From: a virus | Taxonomy: Duplodnaviria > Caudoviricetes | IMG/VR virus record: IMGVR_UViG_3300048579_000441 | Coordinates: 1-35,286 of that record | Reading direction: 5' to 3' (one strand) | DNA length: 35,286 bases | In this document: in pieces, positions 16,957-24,556 of the stretch | Numbering within the stretch: the first letter of the stretch is position 1 | How the letters are laid out: every line of letters begins with the position of its first letter | Notes under the pieces: generated by a model | Seen by the model: only the letters and a program-made list of their open reading frames with translations | What the model was told of the DNA's origin: nothing | Databases searched by the model: none | Made by a program: the position numbers and the translations under genes

Positions 16957-18668
16957 GGAATTCGAACTCCGCCCGATTTGGTGCCCACCGTCTGCCCTGA
17001 CAGAAGACTGCGATTGAGAGCGAAATCCTGAAACCATCTGAGAAGGAAAATCAAGTAAGATGTTGAAATTACTAGGCCCAAGATACGGCCTGATACCGTG
17101 AGAAAATCAGAGAGAAGCGAGTTTAATCCCACCCCTTCCGCCACTTGCTCAAATGCCGTGCGCAGATCGCTTAAGATGCTGAACGGAAAGGTGGTTTTCG
17201 GGGTTCGAAATCCATTTTTCGCGCAGTAGTACAAACGCTCCGCGAATGTCAGTCGCAGCACCAGATTCCTGTGCTCCATTTTTCCTGATTTCCAGAGATT
17301 CCAAGGGTTTGCGAGAAACTTGATCGCGAGTTCGAACAGTTCATCGAATGGTTGCTTGCGCTGGCCTGCATTTTCCGATTTTTCGCGCAGGACCAAGGCT
17401 TGCCGTTCCAACCCGGCGATACGCTTCTCGTAGGCGCGCACGACAGAATCCGTCCCGGCTTCCACCACGCGATCAAGCAGCTTTTCGATCTGCCGTTCAA
17501 TCTGCGCGGCCTCTCGCTTGCAGTTCGCAGCGAGAGCTTGGGCCTGTGCTACCCGCTGCGTCCATGCCTTTTTGAACATGGCGTGGGCTACATCAACGAG
17601 CGACTGGTTCGGTGTTACGCGGGCAAGCATGGCCTCGAATTCACCCTCGATCTTCTCGCGGCGAATGGACTTCCGGTTTCGGGAGCAACCCTTCTCAAAG
17701 CACATGTAATACGCGTGCTTTGTTCCGGTCTTGCTGGTTGACCAGCAAGAAGTCAGCGGCTTGTTACATTCGGCGCAGCACACCATGCCGCGCAGCGGAA
17801 AGTCGGCGCGGATGTCCTTGCGCGCGGGCGCTTTCGGCTTTTCCTTCAGACGCTCCTGAATACGCTCGAAAGTTTCGAGGCTAATCAGTCCTTCGTGCTG
17901 GCCCTTGCGCAGCGGAATGTCCCATTCCGGCTTGCCAACGTAACCCGCATAGATTGGGCGGGTCAGGAACAAATGCACCAGTTGGTTGGTCAGCTTCGCG
18001 AATGACGGATGCAATTCCAGAAACCGGCGCACCTCTGCGCGGGTCTGGAAACGCCCTGAAGCGAACCCTTCCAGAGCTTCCTGAATGATCGATGCGTCGG
18101 GTTCGTCGCGGACAAGCACCTTACCTTCTCCGGTCTTGTGTTCATGCCGATAGCCACGGCACGTATAGAAGGGCCAATAGCCATTCAAGACACGACCGCG
18201 CATGCGGCTCTTCGTCTGTTCAGCGCCTTTCTCGCGTTGGTGCTGAGCCATCGTAACAAGCATGCCTTCAACCAACACGGAATCTGCATCGTCGGCAAAT
18301 TTGACGACGGGGCTCACCAAAATCCCGCCAGCTTCTTTGATCTGGTCGCGGAGGGGCCAGTGCGCGCGGTGATTTCGTGCGAAGCGGCTGATGTCGTCGA
18401 TAATCACGACCAGTCCCCCGCTACGTTTGTGTCGGCGCAGGAACGTCAGAAGCTCCTTCATGACGGGGCGATCAAGAAGCTTTCCTGTCAGATTCTCGTG
18501 AAAAACCTCGATTACTTCGTAGCCGCGATAACGTGCGAACTCGCGGCAGACAGCTTCCTGCGACTTCAGCCCATGGCCTTTCTTGACCTGCTCTTCATCC
18601 GAAACGCGGCAGTAGATGACCGCTTTCGTGGTTGTCAGCAGTTGTTGTTTGAACTTTTGGAGCGTCAT
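16944..18668 (-). CDS. Large serine recombinase (resolvase + recombinase + Zn-ribbon domains)
   Basis: YCRVS catalytic Ser, DDISRFAR, PLRGMVCCAEC..YYMC Zn ribbon; C-terminus VAEGVG is the antisense of the tRNA end. Confidence 0.93.
   Translation of the reverse strand: MTLQKFKQQLLTTTKAVIYCRVSDEEQVKKGHGLKSQEAVCREFARYRGYEVIEVFHENLTGKLLDRPVMKELLTFLRRHKRSGGLVVIIDDISRFARNHRAHWPLRDQIKEAGGILVSPVVKFADDADSVLVEGMLVTMAQHQREKGAEQTKSRMRGRVLNGYWPFYTCRGYRHEHKTGEGKVLVRDEPDASIIQEALEGFASGRFQTRAEVRRFLELHPSFAKLTNQLVHLFLTRPIYAGYVGKPEWDIPLRKGQHEGLISLETFERIQERLKEKPKAPARKDIRADFPLRGMVCCAECNKPLTSCWSTSKTGTKHAYYMCFEKGCSRNRKSIRREKIEGEFEAMLARVTPNQSLVDVAHAMFKKAWTQRVAQAQALAANCKREAAQIERQIEKLLDRVVEAGTDSVVRAYEKRIAGLERQALVLREKSENAGQRKQPFDELFELAIKFLANPWNLWKSGKMEHRNLVLRLTFAERLYYCAKNGFRTPKTTFPFSILSDLRTAFEQVAEGVGLNSLLSDFLTVSGRILGLVISTSYLIFLLRWFQDFALNRSLLSGQTVGTKSGGVRIPCWN
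17125..17143 (+). repeat. att core: 3' fragment of tRNA-Ser (AATCCCACCCCTTCCGCCA)
   Basis: T-arm 3' half plus acceptor strand with G discriminator and CCA; upstream sequence (GAGTTT) is not tRNA, so no intact gene here. Confidence 0.8.
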
Positions 18669-18994
18669 GAATCCGGCCTTCCAGAGCCGACCAAATGGTC
18701 GAGCCCTGCGTTTGCAATTTCGAAAATGTTCAGATTGCTGTCAGAGTCTAGCACACTGATCGAATCGATTTCCAGCGTCTTCGGGCTATCCATCACCTGC
18801 TGAATCGGATGAAGATCGAATCCGAGATCGACGAAACTCACGATGATTTGCCAGAGCGTCTCGATGAATTCGCGCTTCTGTTCTTCTGTCCAATCGCAAT
18901 CGGCCAGGAAGTGGAGATACTCCTGCGGGTCGAAGGTCAGCGCGGCCTTCGTCGGAGCGTGGGCGCGTTTGGTTGGGTTTGGTGCGTCGGTCAT
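18665..18994 (-). CDS. Small protein upstream of, and coupled to, the serine recombinase
   Basis: EEQKREFIETLWQIIVSFVDLGF..HP.QQ motif; ATGA overlap with the recombinase. Confidence 0.75.
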   Translation of the reverse strand: MTDAPNPTKRAHAPTKAALTFDPQEYLHFLADCDWTEEQKREFIETLWQIIVSFVDLGFDLHPIQQVMDSPKTLEIDSISVLDSDSNLNIFEIANAGLDHLVGSGRPDS

Positions 18995-19063
18995 CGGTTC
19001 GGTCCTTCCTGGGCCGCTGACCGCGTGGCTGTTCTTTCCACCGGAAATAAGCCACCCGGACAG

Positions 19064-19083
19064 TATAGGATAATAATCCTATA
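19064..19083. promoter_or_regulatory. Palindromic operator in divergent promoter
   Basis: TATAGGAT-AATA-ATCCTATA perfect 8-bp inverted repeat in an AT-rich gap. Confidence 0.5.
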
Positions 19084-19145
19084 GATGCAATTTCTTCATT
19101 TAATTCCATAACTTCGAGAAGCGCCGCAGTAATTTCCGGGTAACG

Positions 19146-20000
19146 ATGGCAATCGACTGGCTCAAATCTACAAACAAGCAGCGAACCGATCTCTACGCGG
19201 CGGTTACGGAACTCATCAAGCTGAAGGAGCTGACGTGGGCCGATGTTTACGAGAAGGCATTAGGTCTCAAATCAAAAGAAACCGGCACCGCCTTCAATGA
19301 GAACTTTCGCAAGGGAAAAATCAGTAAGGCCAACGCAGCCTTGATCTATCGCTACTTGAGCGCGCACCATCCGGACTGTATCCCGACATTGAACGCCAAA
19401 GTTTCGACCGCGAGCGCGTTTTGGGATTTTCTAAGCGTTTACCGTCGGCTCGGTGATCTCGCACTATTGCCCGAGTTGATCGAAGCGCCGCTCCGGGTAA
19501 ATCAGCTTGGACCGGCATGGCGTGAATTTCCGTTCGAGACGAGCGATCCGATCTGCTTCAGGCTCCGGCTGCCTTACATTTACGAGACCGTCTGCGCGCT
19601 GAACGGTGGATGGCAAGGCTGGTATCCCATCGCCCTGAAAGAGCCCACGGATTATGAGTTTGCCGATGTCGCTACGCCCGGACCAAAGGGAAGAAACGCC
19701 AGACTTACGCTGAAAGGCCACAGATTCATCAAGGCCGTGACGCAAGGAGCGCAGATCATCTGTTCGGCTCCGCCCACCGAAAACGAGAGAAAACGAAGGC
19801 TCAGGACCGAAAACTTCTTCGTCTTTCTTGCAGGCGAGTTTTCCCTGCTCCAGCAGGTGACGTCCAATTGGCAGGTAGATAAGCGGATCACCAACGGCGA
19901 ACTCGATGACCTGGTGGATTGCTTCCTTACCAGCCGGTTAGATGGCTGGTCGGTGGCGCAGATCAACGCCCACGGAATCGGATCGTATGCAGACGACTGA
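19146..20000 (+). CDS. Hypothetical protein, possible N-terminal HTH
   Basis: 284-aa ORF divergent from the recombinase operon; helical N-terminus with NFRKGKIS. Confidence 0.7.
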   Translation: MAIDWLKSTNKQRTDLYAAVTELIKLKELTWADVYEKALGLKSKETGTAFNENFRKGKISKANAALIYRYLSAHHPDCIPTLNAKVSTASAFWDFLSVYRRLGDLALLPELIEAPLRVNQLGPAWREFPFETSDPICFRLRLPYIYETVCALNGGWQGWYPIALKEPTDYEFADVATPGPKGRNARLTLKGHRFIKAVTQGAQIICSAPPTENERKRRLRTENFFVFLAGEFSLLQQVTSNWQVDKRITNGELDDLVDCFLTSRLDGWSVAQINAHGIGSYADD

Positions 20001-20360
20001 GACACATCGGTATTACCTGCCATCGGCGGTATAAGGCGCGCGAGCCTGTGTGCGACTTCACGGGCAGCGTCATGCGATCAATCGGGCGGCGCACCCATTC
20101 CATGCGTTCCCTCGTATCACTTGTATGACTGCTGCTCTTTAGGCGTTCCACGCCGTCCCCATATCGTTCTCCTTCGTCACGTCATACGCCCATCCGCCGT
20201 ATTCGATGCGCTTATGGGCGGCGCGCGTCCTATCAACGGGCTGCCCGCTCCATTCGCCCCTTCGGGGCTCCCGTGTTGCTCATGACAGGCCGCTTTTTCG
20301 CCGCCCATCTCCGGGGCGCATCGGCTGGATGGTCCAGCCGCCAACAAAAGGAGAATCGAT

Positions 20361-20597
20361 ATGACCACTACGAACAATGAACGCCCGCTCTATCGCGTGA
20401 CCTTCTCGCGCATCACCGGCAAGGACGACAAGGGCAAGGACGTTCTCGCCCGTCCGAAGGAGATCGGCGCCGCCTGGGCCCGCAAGGGCGACAAGAAGGG
20501 CGCGGTCATCAATCTTGACCTGATCCCGACCGATCTGGTCAACCGCAACGGCGTGATGTTCCTCGTCCCCGTCGATAGCAGCGGCGACGGCGAATAG
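20361..20597 (+). CDS. Small DUF736-like protein
   Basis: EIGAAW motif; AAAGGAG RBS; own terminator. Confidence 0.7.
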   Translation: MTTTNNERPLYRVTFSRITGKDDKGKDVLARPKEIGAAWARKGDKKGAVINLDLIPTDLVNRNGVMFLVPVDSSGDGE

Positions 20598-20616
20598 CGG
20601 TATCGCCTCTGCATCA

Positions 20617-20650
20617 AGCGCCTCGCGGCAACCCCGCGAGGCGTTTTCTT
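20617..20650 (+). terminator. Rho-independent terminator
   Basis: CGCCTCGCGG/CCGCGAGGCG stem followed by TTTTCTT. Confidence 0.8.
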
Positions 20651-20748
20651 CTGCCCCCGATGTGAAGCCGGTTCCGAATCCGATATCGGTTCACGGTTAC
20701 GGAAATCCGCTGGCAAAAAGAGAAGATCGACGCGCTTCGCGCTAACCG

Positions 20749-20820
20749 CAAGATGTGTGCTGTCATACAGCACCATCTTGGCAAGGGGGCCCGCTGCGCG
20801 CCCCCGTTGCATCCCCCCGG
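20749..20820. other. Candidate origin of transfer (oriT)
   Basis: CAAGATG-T-GTGCTGT-CAT-ACAGCAC-CATCTTG hairpin; CATCTTG resembles the MOB-P nic motif YATCCTG; followed by a GGGGGC/GCCCCC stem. Confidence 0.45.
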
Positions 20821-21185
20821 CGCGTGACGCGCATCAGGCATCGAGCCTGCATGCCGCGTCATTGAAACGTCCGGGCGTTCCATCCCCGTTCAAGGGAGCT
20901 TCCCGGCTCCCCTGAAAACCCCATGGTCAGGAGTCTTGCCCCTGAACCACGCGCGGGAGATTTCGGCTCTCCCTGCACCCATCGACCAAAGGGCTTTTCG
21001 TCGCCCCTGGAACCCACGAGCAGGGCTTGGAGCCTTCCCGCTCCACCTGCACCGGGCCATGGAGAAACGTCCGCCGTTTCATCGCGCTCGACGGTCAACC
21101 TTGCTAGTGATTTGCGCCGTCACCGGGCCTGATCATGAAGGCGGCTGGCTGGCGACATGGCCAAGCGTACATTGAAATCAGCCTA

Positions 21186-21584
21186 TCACGCGGCTCGGAG
21201 AAACTTTTCGATCTTGCGACGAAGCCGTTCTGGTTGCTTTATCTCGCATTCCCACACAATCAGATGTCGCCAGCCAGTGCCCTTCAAGAGCCGCGTCACC
21301 TTTTTGTCTCTTAGTCGATTTCGTGCGACCTTTTCCGTCCAGTAAGCTGTGTTCGTTTGAGGGATGCGCGCGCCGCGCGCGCATGAGTGTCCGTGCCAAA
21401 AGCACCCATGCACGAAAATCACTTTCTTCGGCCCCGGAAAGACAAGGTCGGGCGACCCCGGCAAATCCTTACGATGCAAGCGAAAACGATATCCGAGGCC
21501 ATGAACTAGACGACGAACGTGTAACTCAGGAGCGGTATTACGGCTTTTGACCGCTCGCATAATTCGGCTGCGCTCTTCATTCAT
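21186..21584 (-). CDS. vsr: Very-short-patch repair endonuclease
   Basis: RSRIMRAVKSRNTAPE, LPGSPD, FVHGCFWHGH, VWECE. Confidence 0.96.
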   Translation of the reverse strand: MNEERSRIMRAVKSRNTAPELHVRRLVHGLGYRFRLHRKDLPGSPDLVFPGPKKVIFVHGCFWHGHSCARGARIPQTNTAYWTEKVARNRLRDKKVTRLLKGTGWRHLIVWECEIKQPERLRRKIEKFLRAA

Positions 21585-22195
21585 TCTTCGTCTGATTGGC
21601 CGGGCGCCCGTACTACTGAGCCTGTTTGACGGAGGAACGCATCTCTGTATGCATCCAGACGCTTGAAGTGTGCGGCAAGCGAGCGCCGAAGCTGCGCGGA
21701 ATCTTTGACGCTCAGGATATGATCAACCAATCTGCCGATGTGTTCGATCTGCCGCGGCAACCGCAATATGGGGTCTTGTCTGACCTTGATATCTTCGTCC
21801 GACATCACCTGTATCGTTTGCGCCGGCTCGGGTATTACAGCCGGCATCTTGCCATCGAAGCTCGGGATCGATCCGTTCATCAGGGGGCGCTGATGATCGA
21901 ACGCCTTGAATAGAATCGCTTCCAATCGCCCGATGTCCCCTTGCGTGGCGACCGGCCAAGCCTTCACATAGGCAATCTCCCAAACGTCTATTTGGCGATT
22001 TGCAATAACGTCAGAGCGAGCTGAGGTCAGATGCCTGTTCACGCGCGCGCGAATACCGTCCCGGCTCTGCCCGACATAAATTGGAACTTCGTCCAGGTCG
22101 CACAGAACGTAAACGCCTATTTCGTTCGTAAGCTGCCTTAGAGCATTCTTCCGAAACGCCAGATTGCTTTGTCGCTGTTTGGGTTTCTTGCTCAT
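21581..22195 (-). CDS. GIY-YIG nuclease family protein
   Basis: GVY...IYVGQS...IRARVNRHL and a conserved Glu (RLEA). Confidence 0.85.
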   Translation of the reverse strand: MSKKPKQRQSNLAFRKNALRQLTNEIGVYVLCDLDEVPIYVGQSRDGIRARVNRHLTSARSDVIANRQIDVWEIAYVKAWPVATQGDIGRLEAILFKAFDHQRPLMNGSIPSFDGKMPAVIPEPAQTIQVMSDEDIKVRQDPILRLPRQIEHIGRLVDHILSVKDSAQLRRSLAAHFKRLDAYRDAFLRQTGSVVRAPGQSDEE

Positions 22196-23052
22196 GATCG
22201 CCTAATAGCCGTCATGCTCGATTGACGTTGCACTTCTCCATTCCGGACGATCTGGGTTGACCTCACAGTGTCAGATTCGGCGTGCGCAACGGAGAACGTG
22301 ACTGAATTGATGTCGTTTTCATTAGCCTTAAAGCAATCCGCGAAAGCCTTCAGTATCTCGACCCGTTCAAGAGTTTGTGGAGCGGGGCTAGGGTTATTCC
22401 GCGGGCTTGGTATCGTAGACGGAAACAGATAAATGCACGGCGGCGGCAAGCGATAATGACTTACAACAGTCATACGCGGATCGTTATCTCCAGACAGTTT
22501 GGGGCACGGCCTTCCAATTGTTCCACACACCCAATCCCAAACGAGCAAACCATCGACGCGCTGAGCGCGGGAGATAATCTCAGCGCTCAGTCGGGTATGA
22601 ATGCCCGACCAAGCGTTTAAGCGCGGGTCGGCCCCTGGATTGCTGCAAACGCTCCATATGATGAATTCATGAGCATGCGGCGGGCGCTCGAAGATGTTTG
22701 TATTGTTTCCGTCTAAACATCCCTTGAGTTCAATGACGGCGGTGCGTCCACTAGGCATGGTCACAGTATAGTCATGCCGATTCTCACCGCCGGAAACATT
22801 CCATTCGCCGATATGGCCGGCGTCCTGCATGTGATTGAGAATCTGCTGAACGAACTCGCGCTTCTCGCGCATCGTCGCAGAAAACTGCCCGCGGATACGT
22901 TCGATCGCTCCGCGGAATAATCCGCTGTTGTAAAACTCAATTTCATCAAGCCCATGATCGCCGAGTTTGTGGGCTTGCGTTTTTAGAATCTCTGCGTATT
23001 CCCGAATCTTCGTCTGGAGCGATTCATTGAGCTGGCAGGGAATGACGCTCAT
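22192..23052 (-). CDS. Putative PD-(D/E)XK restriction endonuclease
   Basis: HDYTV...VIELKG motif; coupled to the MTase. Confidence 0.65.
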   Translation of the reverse strand: MSVIPCQLNESLQTKIREYAEILKTQAHKLGDHGLDEIEFYNSGLFRGAIERIRGQFSATMREKREFVQQILNHMQDAGHIGEWNVSGGENRHDYTVTMPSGRTAVIELKGCLDGNNTNIFERPPHAHEFIIWSVCSNPGADPRLNAWSGIHTRLSAEIISRAQRVDGLLVWDWVCGTIGRPCPKLSGDNDPRMTVVSHYRLPPPCIYLFPSTIPSPRNNPSPAPQTLERVEILKAFADCFKANENDINSVTFSVAHAESDTVRSTQIVRNGEVQRQSSMTAIRRS

Positions 23053-24200
23053 GCAGCCCGACGCGCTTTTCCTTTGGCGTTGAGAAGCGGCTCGAAAATC
23101 GAATGAGCCAGGTAACGAACGACCGGAACCGCTACGCCATCACCAGTGAGATGATAGGCCTCGTTGTAGTTCTTCGGCAGTTGATAGCTGTCGGGAAGCC
23201 CCATAAGCCGTGCCGTTTCGCGCGGGGAAATCAGCCGAGAGCGGACGCTATTTCCTTCGACAATGACAATGACTTGCCGGCTTGAGCCGCCAGCCGGAGT
23301 CCGTAGGCAGCCCGCTACGTCGTCGAAGCGAATTTCGGCACGCTGAACTTTTCTTCCTACGTCATCGCGCCGGGTGCGCTTATAAACGGCCCCGACCATG
23401 CGCCGTCCGGCACGTTTGGCCTCGCCCACCTTTTTACGATGGATATCGCTCATCATACCAAGCAGCTTCGCCGTTTCAGCGGGCGAATGCCATGTCACGC
23501 CTTCAGGTTCTTCTTCGATGAGATCGGCGAAAGTCGTGTTGCGCTTCGGTGGGGTCGGCGTATTCCACCAGACTAAATCTTCACGCACCTTCGCGCTCAG
23601 TTTAGCGCATGCATCTTGCAGCGCGCGCGGATGCCAAAGGTCCGCCCTGCTGGATACCAAACCGTCTGGAACCGGCAGGTCCTTGCGAATGCCGATCACG
23701 AAAAGGCGCGCGCGCGAATGCGGCACGAAATGCACGGCATCAACGACTAGCGCCCCGAACCGATAGCCGGCCTTCGAATAATTCGCGCATATTGTCGCAA
23801 AATCTTTGCCCTCATGCGAGTTCAGGGTGCCGCACACATTTTCGAGGACGATCAGTTTTGGGGCCCGGCCTTCGTCAATGAGCGCTTCCATTAAGCGCCA
23901 GAATGGCCAGTACGTCCCCGAGCGGTCCCCTTTCAGTCCCGCGCCAGCGCCCGCCAAGGACAGATCCTGACAGGGAAAAGACGCCCAGACGAGGTCGGCC
24001 GTGGCGGGAATGTCCTTGGTTCCGAGCTTCCCAACGTCGCCTACCTTGAGAACGTCGGAAGGCGTCCAGTTAGCTTCATAGACCGCCGTCTTCTTTACAT
24101 CGAATTCGTTGGCGAATTCGCATCGCCAGCCAAGTCCGAGACCTGCTCGGGCCATCCCGCCGCCTGCGAAAAACTCGTAAAAATTATGCACGGCGCCCAT
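23049..24200 (-). CDS. DNA (cytosine-5) methyltransferase
   Basis: FAGGG (I), PCQDLS (IV), ENV (VI), HSRARLF (VIII), RETARLMG (IX), GDGV (X). Confidence 0.96.
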   Translation of the reverse strand: MGAVHNFYEFFAGGGMARAGLGLGWRCEFANEFDVKKTAVYEANWTPSDVLKVGDVGKLGTKDIPATADLVWASFPCQDLSLAGAGAGLKGDRSGTYWPFWRLMEALIDEGRAPKLIVLENVCGTLNSHEGKDFATICANYSKAGYRFGALVVDAVHFVPHSRARLFVIGIRKDLPVPDGLVSSRADLWHPRALQDACAKLSAKVREDLVWWNTPTPPKRNTTFADLIEEEPEGVTWHSPAETAKLLGMMSDIHRKKVGEAKRAGRRMVGAVYKRTRRDDVGRKVQRAEIRFDDVAGCLRTPAGGSSRQVIVIVEGNSVRSRLISPRETARLMGLPDSYQLPKNYNEAYHLTGDGVAVPVVRYLAHSIFEPLLNAKGKARRAA

Positions 24201-24387
24201 CCCCGGAACCGGACATAGCCCGTTCCGCGTCGTCGCGCGCGACCTTTTCCAGTATCGCCTCGGTTATCCACGTGTTGCGCGAGATGTTGCCTGGCCGCGT
24301 GCGCCGTGCGGAATCAATAGCGGCCCACAGCTTAGGGTCCAGCCGCAGATTCTGGCGAGCGCGATCATCGGGGCGTTTCGGCATCAT
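24184..24387 (-). CDS. Ribbon-helix-helix (Arc-like) regulator (start moved to MMPKRP)
   Basis: QNLRLDPKLWAAIDSAR...SRNTWITEAILEKV RHH pattern; overlaps the MTase start. Confidence 0.7.
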   Translation of the reverse strand: MMPKRPDDRARQNLRLDPKLWAAIDSARRTRPGNISRNTWITEAILEKVARDDAERAMSGSGDGRRA

Positions 24388-24437
24388 GGAAATCCGACTC
24401 ATCGTCCCATTGGGCGCCGATTTGGCGCCAAAAACAA

Positions 24438-24452
24438 GAACCAAAATAGAAC
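24438..24452. promoter_or_regulatory. Alphaproteobacterial LexA (SOS) box
   Basis: GAAC-CAAAATA-GAAC, an exact GAAC-N7-GAAC match, in the divergent intergenic region. Confidence 0.7.
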
Positions 24453-24497
24453 AAAGTCGTAAAAGGAGGGTTTGTAACACCTGTGGTGCTTTTTATG

Positions 24498-24547
24498 TTG
24501 ACGATCCATTCACGATGCGGCTATCAATCTGTGTATCTTGTACACAG
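24498..24547 (+). promoter_or_regulatory. Sigma70 promoter and palindromic operator of the Z1 helicase gene
   Basis: TTGACG-N17-CTATCA, then CTGTGTA-TCTTG-TACACAG overlapping the AGGAG RBS. Confidence 0.55.
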
Positions 24548-24556
24548 GAGATTGCG

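Larger units (their letters stand above)
1..17143 (-). mobile_element. Capsid-forming phage satellite (cf-PICI-like) or reduced prophage integrated at the tRNA-Ser 3' end; left end outside window
   Basis: int-alpA-rep-portal-protease-MCP-HNH-connector-gp10-terS-terL-TMP, all co-oriented, bounded on the right by a tRNA 3' fragment; no tail tube, tip or lysis genes seen. Confidence 0.8.

Noticed and set aside
17060-17143. Intact tRNA-Ser gene
   Set aside because: Only the last 19 nt match; GTTCGA of the T-loop is replaced by GTTTAA and no cloverleaf forms upstream
20600-21180. Several short overlapping ORFs
   Set aside because: GC-rich shadow frames over a structured non-coding region
24272-24556. 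95-aa N-terminal extension of the Z1 ORF
   Set aside because: It overlaps the RHH gene and promoter elements; a strong RBS precedes ATG 24557
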